Origin: Methanocaldococcus sp. 28A | GTDB lineage: Archaea > AGJL01 > Methanococci > Methanococcales > Methanocaldococcaceae | Direction: 5' to 3' (one strand) | DNA: 64,000 nt | Assembly (NCBI GenBank): GCA_049852185.1 | Contig: CP187540.1 | Shown here: piece after piece, positions 20,668-31,906 of the stretch | How the letters are laid out: each line of letters starts with the position of its first letter | Position numbering within the stretch: the first letter of the stretch is position 1 | The notes under the pieces: generated by a model | The model's database searches: none | Seen by the model: only the letters and a program-made list of their open reading frames with translations | What the model was told of the DNA's origin: nothing | Translations under genes and position numbers: made by a program

Positions 20668-21642
20668 ATGAATTTAAAAAAAGTTGTTGATGAGATAAGA
20701 AATTTTGAAGGAATCTTGAGGAAAGTAGCTATTAAAGATGTTGTAGAGACCTTTGATTTTGATGATGAGGATTATGAATTTGATATTATAGTAGATTTTG
20801 GAGATGATGCTGCTGTTATAGGAATAGATGGAGATAATGCTATTTTATTAGCCGCTGATGGAATTTGGGGTAAGCTCTTAGAGGCAGACCCTTGGTGGGC
20901 AGGTTACTGTTCAGTTTTAGTTAATTGTAAAGATATAGCGGCAATGGGAGGAAAATGTGTAGGGATGACTAATATAATAAGTATAAAAGATAAAGATATC
21001 TGCAGAGAGGTTTTAAAAGGAGTTAAGGATGGAGTAAAAAAATTTGGAGTGCCAATGGTTGGAGGGCATACACATCCAGATGCTATGTGCAATGTCTTAG
21101 ATGTTTCTATAACTGGAATTGCTAAAAAAGATTGTATATTGAGAAGTGATAACGCAAAAATTGGGGATAAAATTATCTTTGCCTATGACTTAGTTGGGCA
21201 AATTTATAAATCATTCCCATTGAATTGGGACACAACAACAATGAAATCAAAGAAGTTAGTTAAGGCACAGATGGATGCTTTAGTTCAAATTGCAGAGAAT
21301 AAATTAGCTAATTCATGTAAAGATATAAGCAATCCAGGAGCTATTGGAACTTTAGGTATGCTTTTGGAAGTTTCAAGAAAAGGAGGTATTGTAGATATAA
21401 CAAAAATTCCTAAACCAGAAGAGATTGATTTAATCCACTGGCTTAAAGTTTATCCTGGTAGTGGTTATGTCCTAACTGCGAGAGAAGAGAACTTTAAAGA
21501 AATTAGGAATATTTTTGAAGATGTTAAAATAACTGCAGAAATTTGTGGTGAAGTTATATCTGATAAAAAACTATACATCACTGATGGTGAAAATAAAGAA
21601 GTTGTTTTTAATTTTGAGAAAGAGTTTATTTGTGGCTGCTGA
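20668..21642 (+). CDS. Methanogenesis marker protein 2 (PurM/AIR synthase-like)
   Basis: FGDDAAVI, DIAAMGG, GGHTHPD, KDISNPG. Confidence 0.88.
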   Translation: MNLKKVVDEIRNFEGILRKVAIKDVVETFDFDDEDYEFDIIVDFGDDAAVIGIDGDNAILLAADGIWGKLLEADPWWAGYCSVLVNCKDIAAMGGKCVGMTNIISIKDKDICREVLKGVKDGVKKFGVPMVGGHTHPDAMCNVLDVSITGIAKKDCILRSDNAKIGDKIIFAYDLVGQIYKSFPLNWDTTTMKSKKLVKAQMDALVQIAENKLANSCKDISNPGAIGTLGMLLEVSRKGGIVDITKIPKPEEIDLIHWLKVYPGSGYVLTAREENFKEIRNIFEDVKITAEICGEVISDKKLYITDGENKEVVFNFEKEFICGC

Positions 21643-21651
21643 TTTTTAATA

Positions 21652-21791
21652 GAACTTTCGCACTTTATGTATTATAGTTGTGTGCAAAATGAAATAAACT
21701 TTTATAAGGTATAAGGATAATTTAGATGCCTTCCAAAAGGAAGACATTCATTAATACCTTATTTTAATTAGGATAGTTTTGCACACAACTA
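21652..21791. mobile_element. MITE A (21675-21791) next to a short MITE B end
   Basis: GAACTTTCGCA, then TAGTTGTGTGCAAAA...TTTTGCACACAACTA. Confidence 0.85.
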
Positions 21792-21891
21792 TAATAAATA
21801 GCTTTCAGTTATAATTTAATTAATTTTAACTTTTATAAGGTAATTTTTTAAATATTTTATGTGGAAAAATAAAAAATTAAGGTGAGCATTA

Positions 21892-22863
21892 ATGTTAATA
21901 AGACCAAGAAGATTAAGAAAAAACCAAAAAATTAGAGATTTAGTTAGAGAGACAACGTTAACAAAAAATGATTTAATAATGCCAATCTTTGTAGATGAAA
22001 ATTTAAAAGGAAAGGAAAAGAAGGAAATTAAATCAATGCCTAATCAGTATAGATTTAGTGTAGAAGGAGCTATAGAAGAAGCAAAAGAAATTGCCGATTT
22101 AGGAATCCCAGCTGTAATATTGTTTGGCATTCCAAAGTATAAAGATGAGATAGGAAGCTCTGCCTATAATAAAAATGGGGTTGTTCAAAAAACTATAAGA
22201 GGAATTAAAGAAGAGCTTGGAGATGAGCTTTTAGTTATAGCAGATTGTTGTTTGTGTGAATACACAAGCCATGGACATTGTGGAATTGTTAAAGATGGAA
22301 AGATATTAAATGATGCTACTCTTCCTATATTATCAAAAATAGCATTATCTTATGCTGAGGCAGGAGTTGATATTGTTGCTCCATCAGACATGATGGATGG
22401 GAGAGTAAGAGCAATAAGAGAGGTTTTAGAAGATAATGGCTATGATGATGTTGCTATAATGAGTTACTCTGCAAAATATGCATCATCTTTTTATGGACCT
22501 TTTAGAGAAGCAGCTGAAAGTGCTCCAAAGTTTGGGGATAGGAAGAGCTATCAAATGGATATAGGAAATGCAAGAGAGGCTTTAAAAGAAATTGCCTTAG
22601 ATATAGAAGAAGGGGCTGATTTAATATTAATTAAACCTGCTTTACCATATTTAGATATAATAAGGATGGCTAAAGATAACTTCAATGTGCCTATTGGTGG
22701 CTACTGTGTTAGCGGAGAATATGCAATGGTTGAGGCAGCTGCTAAAAATGGTTTAATTGAGAGAGAGAAGGCTATTTATGAAGTATTGCTAAGTATAAAA
22801 AGAGCTGGAGCTGATTTTATCATTACATATTGGGCTAAAGAAGTTGCTGAAAAATTGTTATAG
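21892..22863 (+). CDS. hemB: Porphobilinogen synthase
   Basis: [36 protein letters not shown]. Confidence 0.98.
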   Translation: MLIRPRRLRKNQKIRDLVRETTLTKNDLIMPIFVDENLKGKEKKEIKSMPNQYRFSVEGAIEEAKEIADLGIPAVILFGIPKYKDEIGSSAYNKNGVVQKTIRGIKEELGDELLVIADCCLCEYTSHGHCGIVKDGKILNDATLPILSKIALSYAEAGVDIVAPSDMMDGRVRAIREVLEDNGYDDVAIMSYSAKYASSFYGPFREAAESAPKFGDRKSYQMDIGNAREALKEIALDIEEGADLILIKPALPYLDIIRMAKDNFNVPIGGYCVSGEYAMVEAAAKNGLIEREKAIYEVLLSIKRAGADFIITYWAKEVAEKLL

Positions 22864-22871
22864 GGAGAAAT

Positions 22872-23462
22872 ATGAACATCTTAAAAAATTTTTCAGTTCC
22901 TAATTTGTGTGATGCAGGGGCTAAGCCTTTAAAAGGCATAAAACCTATTTTAGATAATCAAAAGCTTGTTTTTGGTGAGGCTATAACTGTAAAGATAAAC
23001 TATGATGATTGGGGAACTTTAATAAAATCAATAAGCTTTGCTAAAAATAAATTTATTGTTGCTGAAGTTACTGGCGAAAAAAAATATGAAACTGCTGTTT
23101 GGGGAGGATTAGCTTCACTAAATGCTAAAATAAAAGGGGTTAAGGGGGTAGTTATAGATGGATGTGTTAGGGATGTTGAAGATATAAAAGCTCTAAAGTT
23201 CCCAGTTTTTGCAAAAAATTTCTGCCCAAATGCAGGAAAACCTTTAAATCTTGGAAAGATAAATGTCTCTGTGAATTGTGGTGATGTTTTGATAGAGCCA
23301 GGAGATATAGTTGTAGGAGATTGTAATGGAGTAGCAGTTATAAAAAAAGAAAATCTTAAAGAAATTATTGAAAATGCTAAAAATATAAAAGAGAAAGAGA
23401 AAAAAATTAGAGAAAGAATTTTAAGAGGACATGATTTAAAGGCTATTCTAAATTTAGAATAA
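22872..23462 (+). CDS. RraA/HMG-aldolase family protein
   Basis: NLCDA, AVWGGL, DGCVRD, PGDIVVGDCNGV. Confidence 0.9.
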   Translation: MNILKNFSVPNLCDAGAKPLKGIKPILDNQKLVFGEAITVKINYDDWGTLIKSISFAKNKFIVAEVTGEKKYETAVWGGLASLNAKIKGVKGVVIDGCVRDVEDIKALKFPVFAKNFCPNAGKPLNLGKINVSVNCGDVLIEPGDIVVGDCNGVAVIKKENLKEIIENAKNIKEKEKKIRERILRGHDLKAILNLE

Positions 23463-23498
23463 TAAAAATTTTAAAATAAAAAATTTGCAGGGTGATAA

Positions 23499-24074
23499 GT
23501 GTTGAATGTTCCGCGTAGTCTGAAATCTATTATAGATATAATAAATAGAGAATCCGGAACAAGATATATAGTTAGAGGGCTTATTGATGGCTCTCTATCA
23601 GCTCTTGGAGTAGTTATTGGAGCGAGTGGTTCAGCTGACGCTTCTGTTATCATAGCTGCTGGGCTTGGAGGGGGGATAGCTAACGGATTGTCCAATATTC
23701 TTGGGGCATTTACAGCTGAAAAAGCATCATTAGAAAGAGAAAGAATACAAAAAGAAAAGAGTTTATTAAAGCAGAATGGATATTTAAAGAAGTCAATAAT
23801 TTACAAAAAGGCAATTAGAGAAACGATGATTTGTGGTCTTATTGATGGAATATCAACATCTATTGGCTCAGCTCTTCCTGTAATCCCTTTCTTTTTATTT
23901 GATATAAAAACAGCTTTATATGCAGCAATAACAATAACTATGGCTATATTGTTTATATTAGGTGTGTTTATAGGAAAGATTTCTAAGGAGAATGTAGTAA
24001 TTTCAGGAATAAAGATGGTTGTTGGAGCTTTAATTGTGGCAGTTTTATGCTTTATGATAGAGAAAGCATTTTAA
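23499..24074 (+). CDS. TIGR00267 / VIT1-CCC1-like membrane protein
   Basis: GLIDGSLSALGVV; several TM segments. Confidence 0.85.
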   Translation: MLNVPRSLKSIIDIINRESGTRYIVRGLIDGSLSALGVVIGASGSADASVIIAAGLGGGIANGLSNILGAFTAEKASLERERIQKEKSLLKQNGYLKKSIIYKKAIRETMICGLIDGISTSIGSALPVIPFFLFDIKTALYAAITITMAILFILGVFIGKISKENVVISGIKMVVGALIVAVLCFMIEKAF

Positions 24075-24084
24075 TTGGGGGAAT

Positions 24085-24576
24085 ATGAAAACAAGAGAAT
24101 TATTTGAGAAATTAAAGAAAGAGCTTGATAATTTTAGCATATATGATATTATGATGATTAGAAGCTTTATTGAAAAAGATGCTAAGTATCTTCCAGAAAA
24201 ATATAAAAATCACTACGTTGAGGCGATGATGAAGTATTTAATTGAAACATTCAACGAGATTAAAAAAAAAGTTGAAGAAATTAAAGATGAAGAAATTGAT
24301 GAAGAAAAATTAAACGAAATGCTTAAAAGGATTGAAAAGTTTAGAAAATATTATACACCAGATGAAGAGAGATTTATAAATCTCTCAAAAATTCTCTGCC
24401 CATATCTATCTTTTATTGCCAAAAAACCATTACATCCGGAATATTTAACATTTCCTGGAAATGTAAAGATTATTAAGAAAGGAAATAACTATTACTGTCC
24501 AGTTAAAAATAAACAGCTTAATGAATATTCCCTATGTGAATTCTGTATATCTAAAAGTATGGATGAGCTAAAATAA
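24085..24576 (+). CDS. UPF0305 (DUF2115) protein
   Basis: KPLHP...FPG, YYCPVK, LCEFC. Confidence 0.85.
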   Translation: MKTRELFEKLKKELDNFSIYDIMMIRSFIEKDAKYLPEKYKNHYVEAMMKYLIETFNEIKKKVEEIKDEEIDEEKLNEMLKRIEKFRKYYTPDEERFINLSKILCPYLSFIAKKPLHPEYLTFPGNVKIIKKGNNYYCPVKNKQLNEYSLCEFCISKSMDELK

Positions 24577-24579
24577 TTA

Positions 24580-24670
24580 GGACTTTTGCTGTTTATATAT
24601 TTATGGTTTATATATTTATGATGCCTTTGGCATCAAATCTACCTTTTAATATTTATTCCTGTGGAAGTCC
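24580..24670. mobile_element. MITE family B
   Basis: TA-GGACTTTTGC...GTGGAAGTCC-TA; central GATGCCTTTGGCATC hairpin. Confidence 0.75.
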
Positions 24671-24762
24671 TAATGATAATTTTTTATGGAAGTTTAATAA
24701 AGTTCATTTTTGTGGCACAATTATAACCATCAAAAAGAATAAAAAATAATTTAGTTAATATA

Positions 24763-24854
24763 GGACTTTCACAGGAATAAATATATTTTATTATTGAATA
24801 CAGACTCCTAAAGGTATCTAAGTTCCTTATTCAATATAAATACTGAGAAAGTTC
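24763..24854. mobile_element. MITE family B
   Basis: TA-GGACTTTCACAG...CTGAGAAAGTTC-TA. Confidence 0.75.
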
Positions 24855-24896
24855 TATAATAGAAAACCAAATAACCTCATAAAAAATGGTGAAGAA

Positions 24897-26237
24897 ATGA
24901 GAGCTATAATAGTAGGGAGTGGAGCTGGTGGATTAACAACAGCATCAACAATTAGAAAATACAACAAAGAGATTGAAATAGTTGTAATAACAAAAGAAAA
25001 AGATATTGCTTACTCACCTTGTGCAATTCCTTATGTTATTGAAGGAGCAATAAAAAGCTTTGATGACATTATTATGCACACCCCAGAAGATTACAAAAAA
25101 GAAAGAAACATTGAGGTATTAACTGAAACCACGGTTGTAGATGTTGATTCAAAAAATAACAAAATAAAGTGCGTAGGTAAAGATGGAAATGAGTTTGAGA
25201 TGGATTATGATTATTTAGTTTTAGCTACCGGGGCTGAGCCATTTATCCCACCAATTGAAGGAAAAGATTTAGAAGGCGTTTTTAAAGTTAGAACTATTGA
25301 GGATGGAAAAGCAATATTAAAATACATTGAAGAAAATGACTGTAAAAAAGTTGCTGTTGTTGGAGCTGGAGCTATTGGTTTAGAGATGGCTTATGGTTTA
25401 AAGAAAAGAGGTTTAGATGTCTTAGTTGTTGAAATGGCTCCTCAAGTGTTACCAAGATTCTTAGACCCAGATATGGCTGAAATCGTTCAAAAATATTTAG
25501 AAAAAGAAGGAATTAAAATTATATTATCAAAACCATTAGAAAAGATTGTTGGAAAAGAAAAAGTTGAGGCAGTTTGTGTTGATAAAAAGCTATATGATGT
25601 TGATATGGTTATAATGGCTACTGGTGTAAGACCAAATATAGATTTAGCAAAAAAAGCTGGCTGTAAAATAGGAAAGTTTGCAATAGAAGTAAATGAAAAG
25701 ATGCAAACCTCTATTCCAAACATCTATGCTGTTGGAGATTGTGTTGAAGTTATAGATTTTATAACTGGAGAGAAAACTTTATCCCCATTTGGAACTACAG
25801 CTGTAAGGCAAGGAAAAGTGGCTGGTAAAAACATAGCTGGAGTTGAGGCAAAGTTTTATCCAGTTTTAAACTCAGCAGTTAGTAAAATAGGAGAGTTAGA
25901 AATTGGAGGAACTGGATTAACCGCATTCAGTGCAAATTTAAAAAGAATTCCAATAGTTATAGGAAGAGCAAAGGCATTAACAAGGGCAAGATACTATCCA
26001 GGAGGAAAAGAAATTGATATAAAGATGATATTCAATGAAGAAGGTAAAGTTATTGGATGTCAAATAGTTGGTGGAGAAAGAGTTGCTGAAAGAATAGATG
26101 CTATGTCAATAGCAATATTTAAAAAAGTTAGTGCTGAGGAGCTTGCAAATATGGAGTTCTGCTATGCTCCACCAGTTTCAATGGTTCATGAACCATTATC
26201 ATTAGCCGCGGAAGATGTTTTAAAAAAGTTAAAATAA
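24897..26237 (+). CDS. NADH oxidase / CoA-disulfide reductase family flavoprotein
   Basis: GSGAGG, redox Cys in YSPCAIPY, GAGAIGLE, YAPP. Confidence 0.92.
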   Translation: MRAIIVGSGAGGLTTASTIRKYNKEIEIVVITKEKDIAYSPCAIPYVIEGAIKSFDDIIMHTPEDYKKERNIEVLTETTVVDVDSKNNKIKCVGKDGNEFEMDYDYLVLATGAEPFIPPIEGKDLEGVFKVRTIEDGKAILKYIEENDCKKVAVVGAGAIGLEMAYGLKKRGLDVLVVEMAPQVLPRFLDPDMAEIVQKYLEKEGIKIILSKPLEKIVGKEKVEAVCVDKKLYDVDMVIMATGVRPNIDLAKKAGCKIGKFAIEVNEKMQTSIPNIYAVGDCVEVIDFITGEKTLSPFGTTAVRQGKVAGKNIAGVEAKFYPVLNSAVSKIGELEIGGTGLTAFSANLKRIPIVIGRAKALTRARYYPGGKEIDIKMIFNEEGKVIGCQIVGGERVAERIDAMSIAIFKKVSAEELANMEFCYAPPVSMVHEPLSLAAEDVLKKLK

Positions 26238-26256
26238 TTAAAAAAATAACTTAATT

Positions 26257-27207
26257 TTAACTTAATAACTTAATTTCTTCGTTATTTTTTTCCAATCCAT
26301 ATAAAACTTCTCCAAGACCTTCCCCAATTCCGTAACCCAAATAATATGTTAATCTAAATAATAATCCTCCATTATTGTCTAAACCATACTCAACAATCTC
26401 AGGATTTGAGACATTGGCAAGCTCTTCCAATTTTTTCAAAGCGGTTTCTTCTGTTCCTACCTCATCAACTAATCCTACTTTCTTAGCATCTTCTCCAGAA
26501 TATATTTTTCCATCTGCTATTTTTAGTGTATAATTAATTGATAAGTGTCTATGCTCTGCTACCCATTTAACAAAATCCATGTATGTTTCATTTATCATTT
26601 TTTGCAAATATTCTTTCTCTTCTTTAGTCATTGGTCTAAATGGCGAGCCAATATCCTTATACTTTCCAGCTTTTATTGTAGTTACATTTATACCAAGCTT
26701 CTTCATTAATCCATAATAATGTATTATATCCATTCTAACCCCAATACTTCCAACTATTGAATGCTTCTCAGCTACAATATAATCTGCAGGAACTGAAACC
26801 ATATAAGCTCCAGAAGCATCTAAACCCTCAACATAAACAACAACTGGCTTTTTCTTAGCAAGTTCTTCGACCTTTCTTGCTAATTTTTCACTTGCTATAA
26901 CCTCCCCTCCAGGTGAATTAACAATCAATAAAACACCTTTAACTGAATCATCCTTCTCCAAATTATCTAATAAATTTATATAATATCTTGCATCCTTTTT
27001 AGTTTCCGGGAAAATTCCATTTCCTTGATTATAGTCAAAATATATTTCATTGCATAAATAAACCTTAGCTATTTTCTCTCCACCAAACAAATTAAAACTT
27101 TCTCCTGATAAGCTCATGGCCAATAATATACCAGCTCCAACTATACAAATCAAAATTATAGAAAGTAGTAAAAGAATGACATAGATTTTTTTCATATTTC
27201 CACTCAA
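26257..27207 (-). CDS. sppA: Signal peptide peptidase SppA (S49)
   Basis: N-terminal TM, NSPGG, ASGAY, GSIGV, AGKYK. Confidence 0.93.
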   Translation of the reverse strand: MSGNMKKIYVILLLLSIILICIVGAGILLAMSLSGESFNLFGGEKIAKVYLCNEIYFDYNQGNGIFPETKKDARYYINLLDNLEKDDSVKGVLLIVNSPGGEVIASEKLARKVEELAKKKPVVVYVEGLDASGAYMVSVPADYIVAEKHSIVGSIGVRMDIIHYYGLMKKLGINVTTIKAGKYKDIGSPFRPMTKEEKEYLQKMINETYMDFVKWVAEHRHLSINYTLKIADGKIYSGEDAKKVGLVDEVGTEETALKKLEELANVSNPEIVEYGLDNNGGLLFRLTYYLGYGIGEGLGEVLYGLEKNNEEIKLLS

Positions 27208-27249
27208 TTAATGTTTTTCAAGTTATGATTTATAGATATACCTTTCTTA

Positions 27250-27302
27250 ATATATAAACAAGTCCCACCCATCTATCCCTATACATCACCGCCCCTAAGC
27301 AC
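27250..27302 (-). mobile_element. Short relic of the IS200/IS605-derived element at 37683-38014
   Basis: TATATAAA...GTCCCAC...CCCTAT...CATCACCGCCC resembles 37889-37990. Confidence 0.5.
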
Positions 27303-27313
27303 TTAGTAATAAT

Positions 27314-28666
27314 TTATGGTAAAAAATTATATTTGAATCTTTCTTTCCCACCTATATTTTTAATTATATTTAAAAACTCCTTCTCAATATCTTTTAATTC
27401 TTCTCTGCTATATCCATAAATTCTAAATGTAATACTTTTGTATCCTTTTTTAATTTTATCTCCTTCATAAACATCAATTATTTCAATGTCAAAAACATTT
27501 TTTAATAAGTTTAAAATAACTTCCTCATCAACATCTTTTTTAAATAAAATTGAAATATCAATATATTTCCTCTCTAAATACTTCTTTTTTAGCTCCTTCA
27601 ACTCATCTCCAGAAAATACCTCAACTCTCAAAATATTAAACCGCTGCTTCTTACCATTTTTATCTAATATTAGATAATCATCTTCAATATTCTTTAAAAA
27701 CCCAAAATGAATAACATCTGAGTTTATATTTTTTACAGCAATCTCTTTTCCTATTAATTTATTTAATTTTTCAATCTCAGAAGATAATGCAAACACGGCT
27801 TTATCTGAATAATAAGCCCCTCTTTTTGCTTCGCCACCAAAATGCTTAGCAGCTTCTTTCATTATCTTAACAAATCCCTCTCTATCTTTATTTTTAACTA
27901 TCTCGCTAATTTCTTTACACTGATTTATAAATGTCTCATGAATTTCCTTTATTCTTGGATTGAACATTTGGATATCAGCGTAGAGATAAGGATTTTGCCC
28001 TATAATTCTTCCAATAATAGAAATCATCAACTCGTATATTGGAGAAGAAAATTTTCTAGATTCTTTTATATCAACATTAAGTTCTTTTAATGTAGCTCCT
28101 AATGAAATAAATGTAAAATGTGTTAATCCCTGCACAATACCCATAATTCTATCATGTTTTTGTGGAGAAATGACTATAACCTTAGCTCCTTCTTCTTTTA
28201 AAAAATTATAAACTTTCTTAAACCATTCACTCTTTTTATGCTTTTCAGATGGCGTTAGAATAACTACCTGCCTTAGCAAAGATGGAGTTGATGGACCAAA
28301 CATTGGATGAGTAGGGATAACAGTTACTCCCTCTTTAACATTTTCTTCCATAGTTCTTGCAGGGATTTCTTTAATTGAGGTTATATCCATCAATAAACAG
28401 CCCTCTCTAACATGAGGAGCTATTTCTTTAATAACTCTCTCTGTAACATTTATTGGAACTGCTACAATAACTATATCTCCTCTTTTAGTAGCCTCAATAT
28501 TGTTGTTAGTAAATTCAACCCCAAGCTCTTTCTCAACATTTTTACCCTTCTCTACATCTCTTCCAGTAACTATCACGTTAAATCCCTTATTTTTTAAATA
28601 TCTCGCAAACCATTTTCCTAAACCATCAGTACCTCCAATAATAGAGATTGTTAAATTTTTTTTCAT
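27314..28666 (-). CDS. tyrA: Prephenate/arogenate dehydrogenase
   Basis: IIGGTDGLG, DITSIK, THPMFGP, HDRIMGIVQGLTH. Confidence 0.93.
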   Translation of the reverse strand: MKKNLTISIIGGTDGLGKWFARYLKNKGFNVIVTGRDVEKGKNVEKELGVEFTNNNIEATKRGDIVIVAVPINVTERVIKEIAPHVREGCLLMDITSIKEIPARTMEENVKEGVTVIPTHPMFGPSTPSLLRQVVILTPSEKHKKSEWFKKVYNFLKEEGAKVIVISPQKHDRIMGIVQGLTHFTFISLGATLKELNVDIKESRKFSSPIYELMISIIGRIIGQNPYLYADIQMFNPRIKEIHETFINQCKEISEIVKNKDREGFVKIMKEAAKHFGGEAKRGAYYSDKAVFALSSEIEKLNKLIGKEIAVKNINSDVIHFGFLKNIEDDYLILDKNGKKQRFNILRVEVFSGDELKELKKKYLERKYIDISILFKKDVDEEVILNLLKNVFDIEIIDVYEGDKIKKGYKSITFRIYGYSREELKDIEKEFLNIIKNIGGKERFKYNFLP

Positions 28667-28702
28667 AAATCTCCCTCAACATTTTATTAATTAGTTATCC
28701 AC

Positions 28703-29218
28703 CTAAATAAGATTTAATAAAATGTAATTAACTAAAATTCCTAATATAGTTCCAGCGATAACTTGGGAAAATGTATGTTTCTTTAAATAAATCCTTGCAT
28801 AGCCAGTAATAATTATTAATATGAGATATAAGGAAGATAACCAAATGTTATTTGTAAAAGCATATATAAGATAAGCCATAGCTGATAATCCATAATTATG
28901 CATACTTATTTTCCAAAACTTTGTTATAATTAAAATTATTAACACATTAACAAGAAAGATTGTTATAAATTCACTCTTCCAAAATAAATTTAACAATACT
29001 AAATACCATAAAGTAAAAAATAATGGTATAATTCTATTTTCTTTATTTGGTATATCCCAAGATTCATTTTTTATTTTTGCCCAACAAATCCAAAAAACAC
29101 ATGGGATAAAAAATGCTATGTATAAAAGCAAATCAAATTTTGAAATAAGTAAAAATCCAATAAATAAAAATAATAGATACATTAAAGAGAATATTTGAAG
29201 AATCTTTTTTATGCTCAC
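28703..29218 (-). CDS. PAP2-like membrane phosphatase family protein
   Basis: [15 protein letters not shown]; TM segments. Confidence 0.75.
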   Translation of the reverse strand: MSIKKILQIFSLMYLLFLFIGFLLISKFDLLLYIAFFIPCVFWICWAKIKNESWDIPNKENRIIPLFFTLWYLVLLNLFWKSEFITIFLVNVLIILIITKFWKISMHNYGLSAMAYLIYAFTNNIWLSSLYLILIIITGYARIYLKKHTFSQVIAGTILGILVNYILLNLI

Positions 29219-29222
29219 AATT

Positions 29223-29798
29223 TCACCAAAACATCATAAGTATCATATATCCAATTAGAGGTAGTCCTACAATTGCCCAAATTATAGGATTCCATCTTAA
29301 AACTTTTTCTCCATCAAATGGTGGAATTGGGAGCATATTAAAGCCTGCTAAAAATAGATTTATGTGAAATCCAAACTTTCCTATTAAATATAGTAATGGT
29401 ATATTATTAAAAATCAAAGCCAATATTAAAAATATAAATGCCAAAGCAACATTTGTTAAAGGTCCAGCTAAGGCGATTTTTCCATTTTCTTCATAAGTTA
29501 AGTAGTCTTTATAAATATATACAGCCCCAGGAGCTATAAAGGTAAATCCTAAAAAAATCTTTAATATTATAGCCAATATAAGCCCTTCATACCACGCTCT
29601 AAACTCACTCCATGCTCCATACTTCCTTGCAACTGTTCTATGCATTAATTCATGAAATACAAAGCCACTCCCAACGGCTATTAAACTAACAATAAAAATT
29701 AATATTGAAAGATTTGGATAAGAGAAAATAAAAGCAATAGCCAACACTGATACTATTAAATCAATTATCTCTCTCTCTGAAAATTTAAACATACTCAT
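29223..29798 (-). CDS. Site-2 (M50) membrane metalloprotease
   Basis: [22 protein letters not shown]. Confidence 0.93.
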   Translation of the reverse strand: MSMFKFSEREIIDLIVSVLAIAFIFSYPNLSILIFIVSLIAVGSGFVFHELMHRTVARKYGAWSEFRAWYEGLILAIILKIFLGFTFIAPGAVYIYKDYLTYEENGKIALAGPLTNVALAFIFLILALIFNNIPLLYLIGKFGFHINLFLAGFNMLPIPPFDGEKVLRWNPIIWAIVGLPLIGYMILMMFW

Positions 29799-29811
29799 TT
29801 TTTCACCTTTT

Positions 29812-30381
29812 TTAATAATATTTTACTTCCCTATCATATAATAATTTTCCTGATATTAGTCCCGTTATAAGTCCAGCTAAGTGTGTTATGTGTGCAATTC
29901 CTGTTTTTATGGAGTATGGAAGTAATATTAAATCAATAAGTGCAAATATAGCTACAGCTACTCTTATACTCACTGGAATTGGCAATGGAAACACAACAAC
30001 CCTTAAATGTGGTGATAGGATAGCCAAAGCTCCCATTATTCCAAATATAGCTCCAGAAGCTCCAACTGATGGATTGTAATCTCCCGTTAGATAAGCATAG
30101 ATGATATAAGCTAAATTTCCTATAATTCCTGATAATAAAAAGATTAAAAGATATTTTTTTGAACCAACCCTATTTTCTAAGTATGTTCCAAATATAAATA
30201 ATACGAACATATTCACCAATAGATGAGTTATATTTGCGTGCATAAATATGCTTGTAATTATCTGCCAAGGCATATAGGTAAAAAGATTTGGCCATAATGC
30301 AAAATAGTAATATAGTTGTGGCATAAAAACACTAACAATGAACATAATTATACAAATTCCAATTATTAAGAAATTCATCAA
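29812..30381 (-). CDS. Rhomboid intramembrane serine protease
   Basis: FMHANITHLLVNM, GASGA, AHITHLAG. Confidence 0.95.
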   Translation of the reverse strand: MMNFLIIGICIIMFIVSVFMPQLYYYFALWPNLFTYMPWQIITSIFMHANITHLLVNMFVLFIFGTYLENRVGSKKYLLIFLLSGIIGNLAYIIYAYLTGDYNPSVGASGAIFGIMGALAILSPHLRVVVFPLPIPVSIRVAVAIFALIDLILLPYSIKTGIAHITHLAGLITGLISGKLLYDREVKYY

Positions 30382-30445
30382 TTTTATCCCCTTCCAATAT
30401 TTTAGAAGTAATTATTTGTTTTAATACTTATAAAAAGGTGATGAC

Positions 30446-31750
30446 ATGGAACTTAATATAACAGGCTTTATTCCCAAACATATGGAAAATAGAGGAAAAT
30501 TAACTTTAAAAGAAAATTTAAAAATTATTGAAAATATTTTAGAGCAAAGAAAAGTTCCTGAAAATGGAATTGATGAAGAGCATATAAAATTTTTACTAAG
30601 AATTTTATCCTTTATGGATACGGATAAAGACCCAAGTGTTATACAAATTGGTGAGAGAGAGGCAAGAGTTTATACTAAACTACAAAGAGAAGGAGTTTTT
30701 GATTTCTGTCATGGAGTTGGAAGGAGTGGAAATTTAACAGACCCTCAACCAAAAGCTCCTGGAGCAAGTGTGATGTATAAATTAACCAATAAATTGTTAG
30801 AGAATTTTTTAAAAACTTTAGGATTGAAAGTTAAAGCAATAGCAACACCTGTAGCTACAGGAATGAGTATTGCTCTATGCCTATCAGCAACAAGGAAAAA
30901 ATACCATTCAGATGTTGTTATCTACCCCTATGCAGCTCATAAAAGCCCTATAAAAGCAACTTCTTTTATAGGAATGAGGATGAGATTGGTTGAGACAGTT
31001 TTGGATGGGGATATTGTTAAAGTTGAAGTTTCAGATATTGAAGATGCCATAAGAAGAGAAATTAATAGTAAAAATAACCCAGTAGTTTTAAGCACTTTAA
31101 CTTTTTTCCCACCAAGAAAGAGTGATGATATTGAAGAAATTGCAAAAATATGCCAAGAATATAATATCCCACATATAATAAATGGAGCTTATGCTATTCA
31201 AAATTTCTATTATATTGAAAAGTTGAAAAAAGCTTTAAAATATAGAATTGATGCTGTAGTTAGCTCATCTGATAAAAATCTATTTACACCAATTGGTGGA
31301 GGATTAATATATACAAAGGATGAGAGTTTTTTAAAAGAAATTTCCTTAACTTATCCAGGAAGAGCCTCAGCAAATCCAATTGTAAATATTTTAATTTCTC
31401 TCTTAGCAATAGGAACTAAAAACTATATAGATTTAATGAAAGAACAAAAAGAATGTAAAAAGCTATTGGATGAATTACTAAAAGATTTAGCTAATAAAAA
31501 AGGAGAGAAGGTTTTGAATGTGGAAAATCCTATTTCATCATGTATAACAACAAAAAAAGACCCATTAGATGTTGCTGGTAAGCTTTACAATTTAAGAGTT
31601 ACTGGACCAAGAGGAGTAAGAAAGAATGACAAATTTGGAACCTGTTATTTAAAAGAGTATCCTTATGATTATATAGTTGTAAATTCAGCTATAGGAGTTA
31701 AAAAAGAGGATATCTACAAAGTTATTGAGAAATTAGATAAAGTTTTATAA
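30446..31750 (+). CDS. spcS: O-phosphoseryl-tRNA(Sec) selenium transferase (SepSecS)
   Basis: GEREARV, HGVGRSG, QPKAPGAS, SSSDKN, YPGRAS. Confidence 0.95.
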   Translation: MELNITGFIPKHMENRGKLTLKENLKIIENILEQRKVPENGIDEEHIKFLLRILSFMDTDKDPSVIQIGEREARVYTKLQREGVFDFCHGVGRSGNLTDPQPKAPGASVMYKLTNKLLENFLKTLGLKVKAIATPVATGMSIALCLSATRKKYHSDVVIYPYAAHKSPIKATSFIGMRMRLVETVLDGDIVKVEVSDIEDAIRREINSKNNPVVLSTLTFFPPRKSDDIEEIAKICQEYNIPHIINGAYAIQNFYYIEKLKKALKYRIDAVVSSSDKNLFTPIGGGLIYTKDESFLKEISLTYPGRASANPIVNILISLLAIGTKNYIDLMKEQKECKKLLDELLKDLANKKGEKVLNVENPISSCITTKKDPLDVAGKLYNLRVTGPRGVRKNDKFGTCYLKEYPYDYIVVNSAIGVKKEDIYKVIEKLDKVL

Positions 31751-31906
31751 ACTGTAGGAGGTCGTGCTGTATCGTGGTCATCTTCATTGAGCAAAAGCTC
31801 TCTCCCACGACTCGCCCTGACCTCCTTTACTGTTCCCCCAACTTCGAACCCGCTATCATCGCAACCTTAAATGGATATGCTCCATGTGGGTCGGTTCGTT
31901 GGGGAT
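31750..31906 (-). ncRNA. Two-hairpin box H/ACA pseudouridylation guide RNA
   Basis: Two GC-rich stems (CCCCAAC/GTTGGGG; AGGAGGTC/GACCTCCT), each followed by ACA, with internal pockets and K-turn-like GA/TGA motifs; TATA box about 25 nt upstream. Confidence 0.85.
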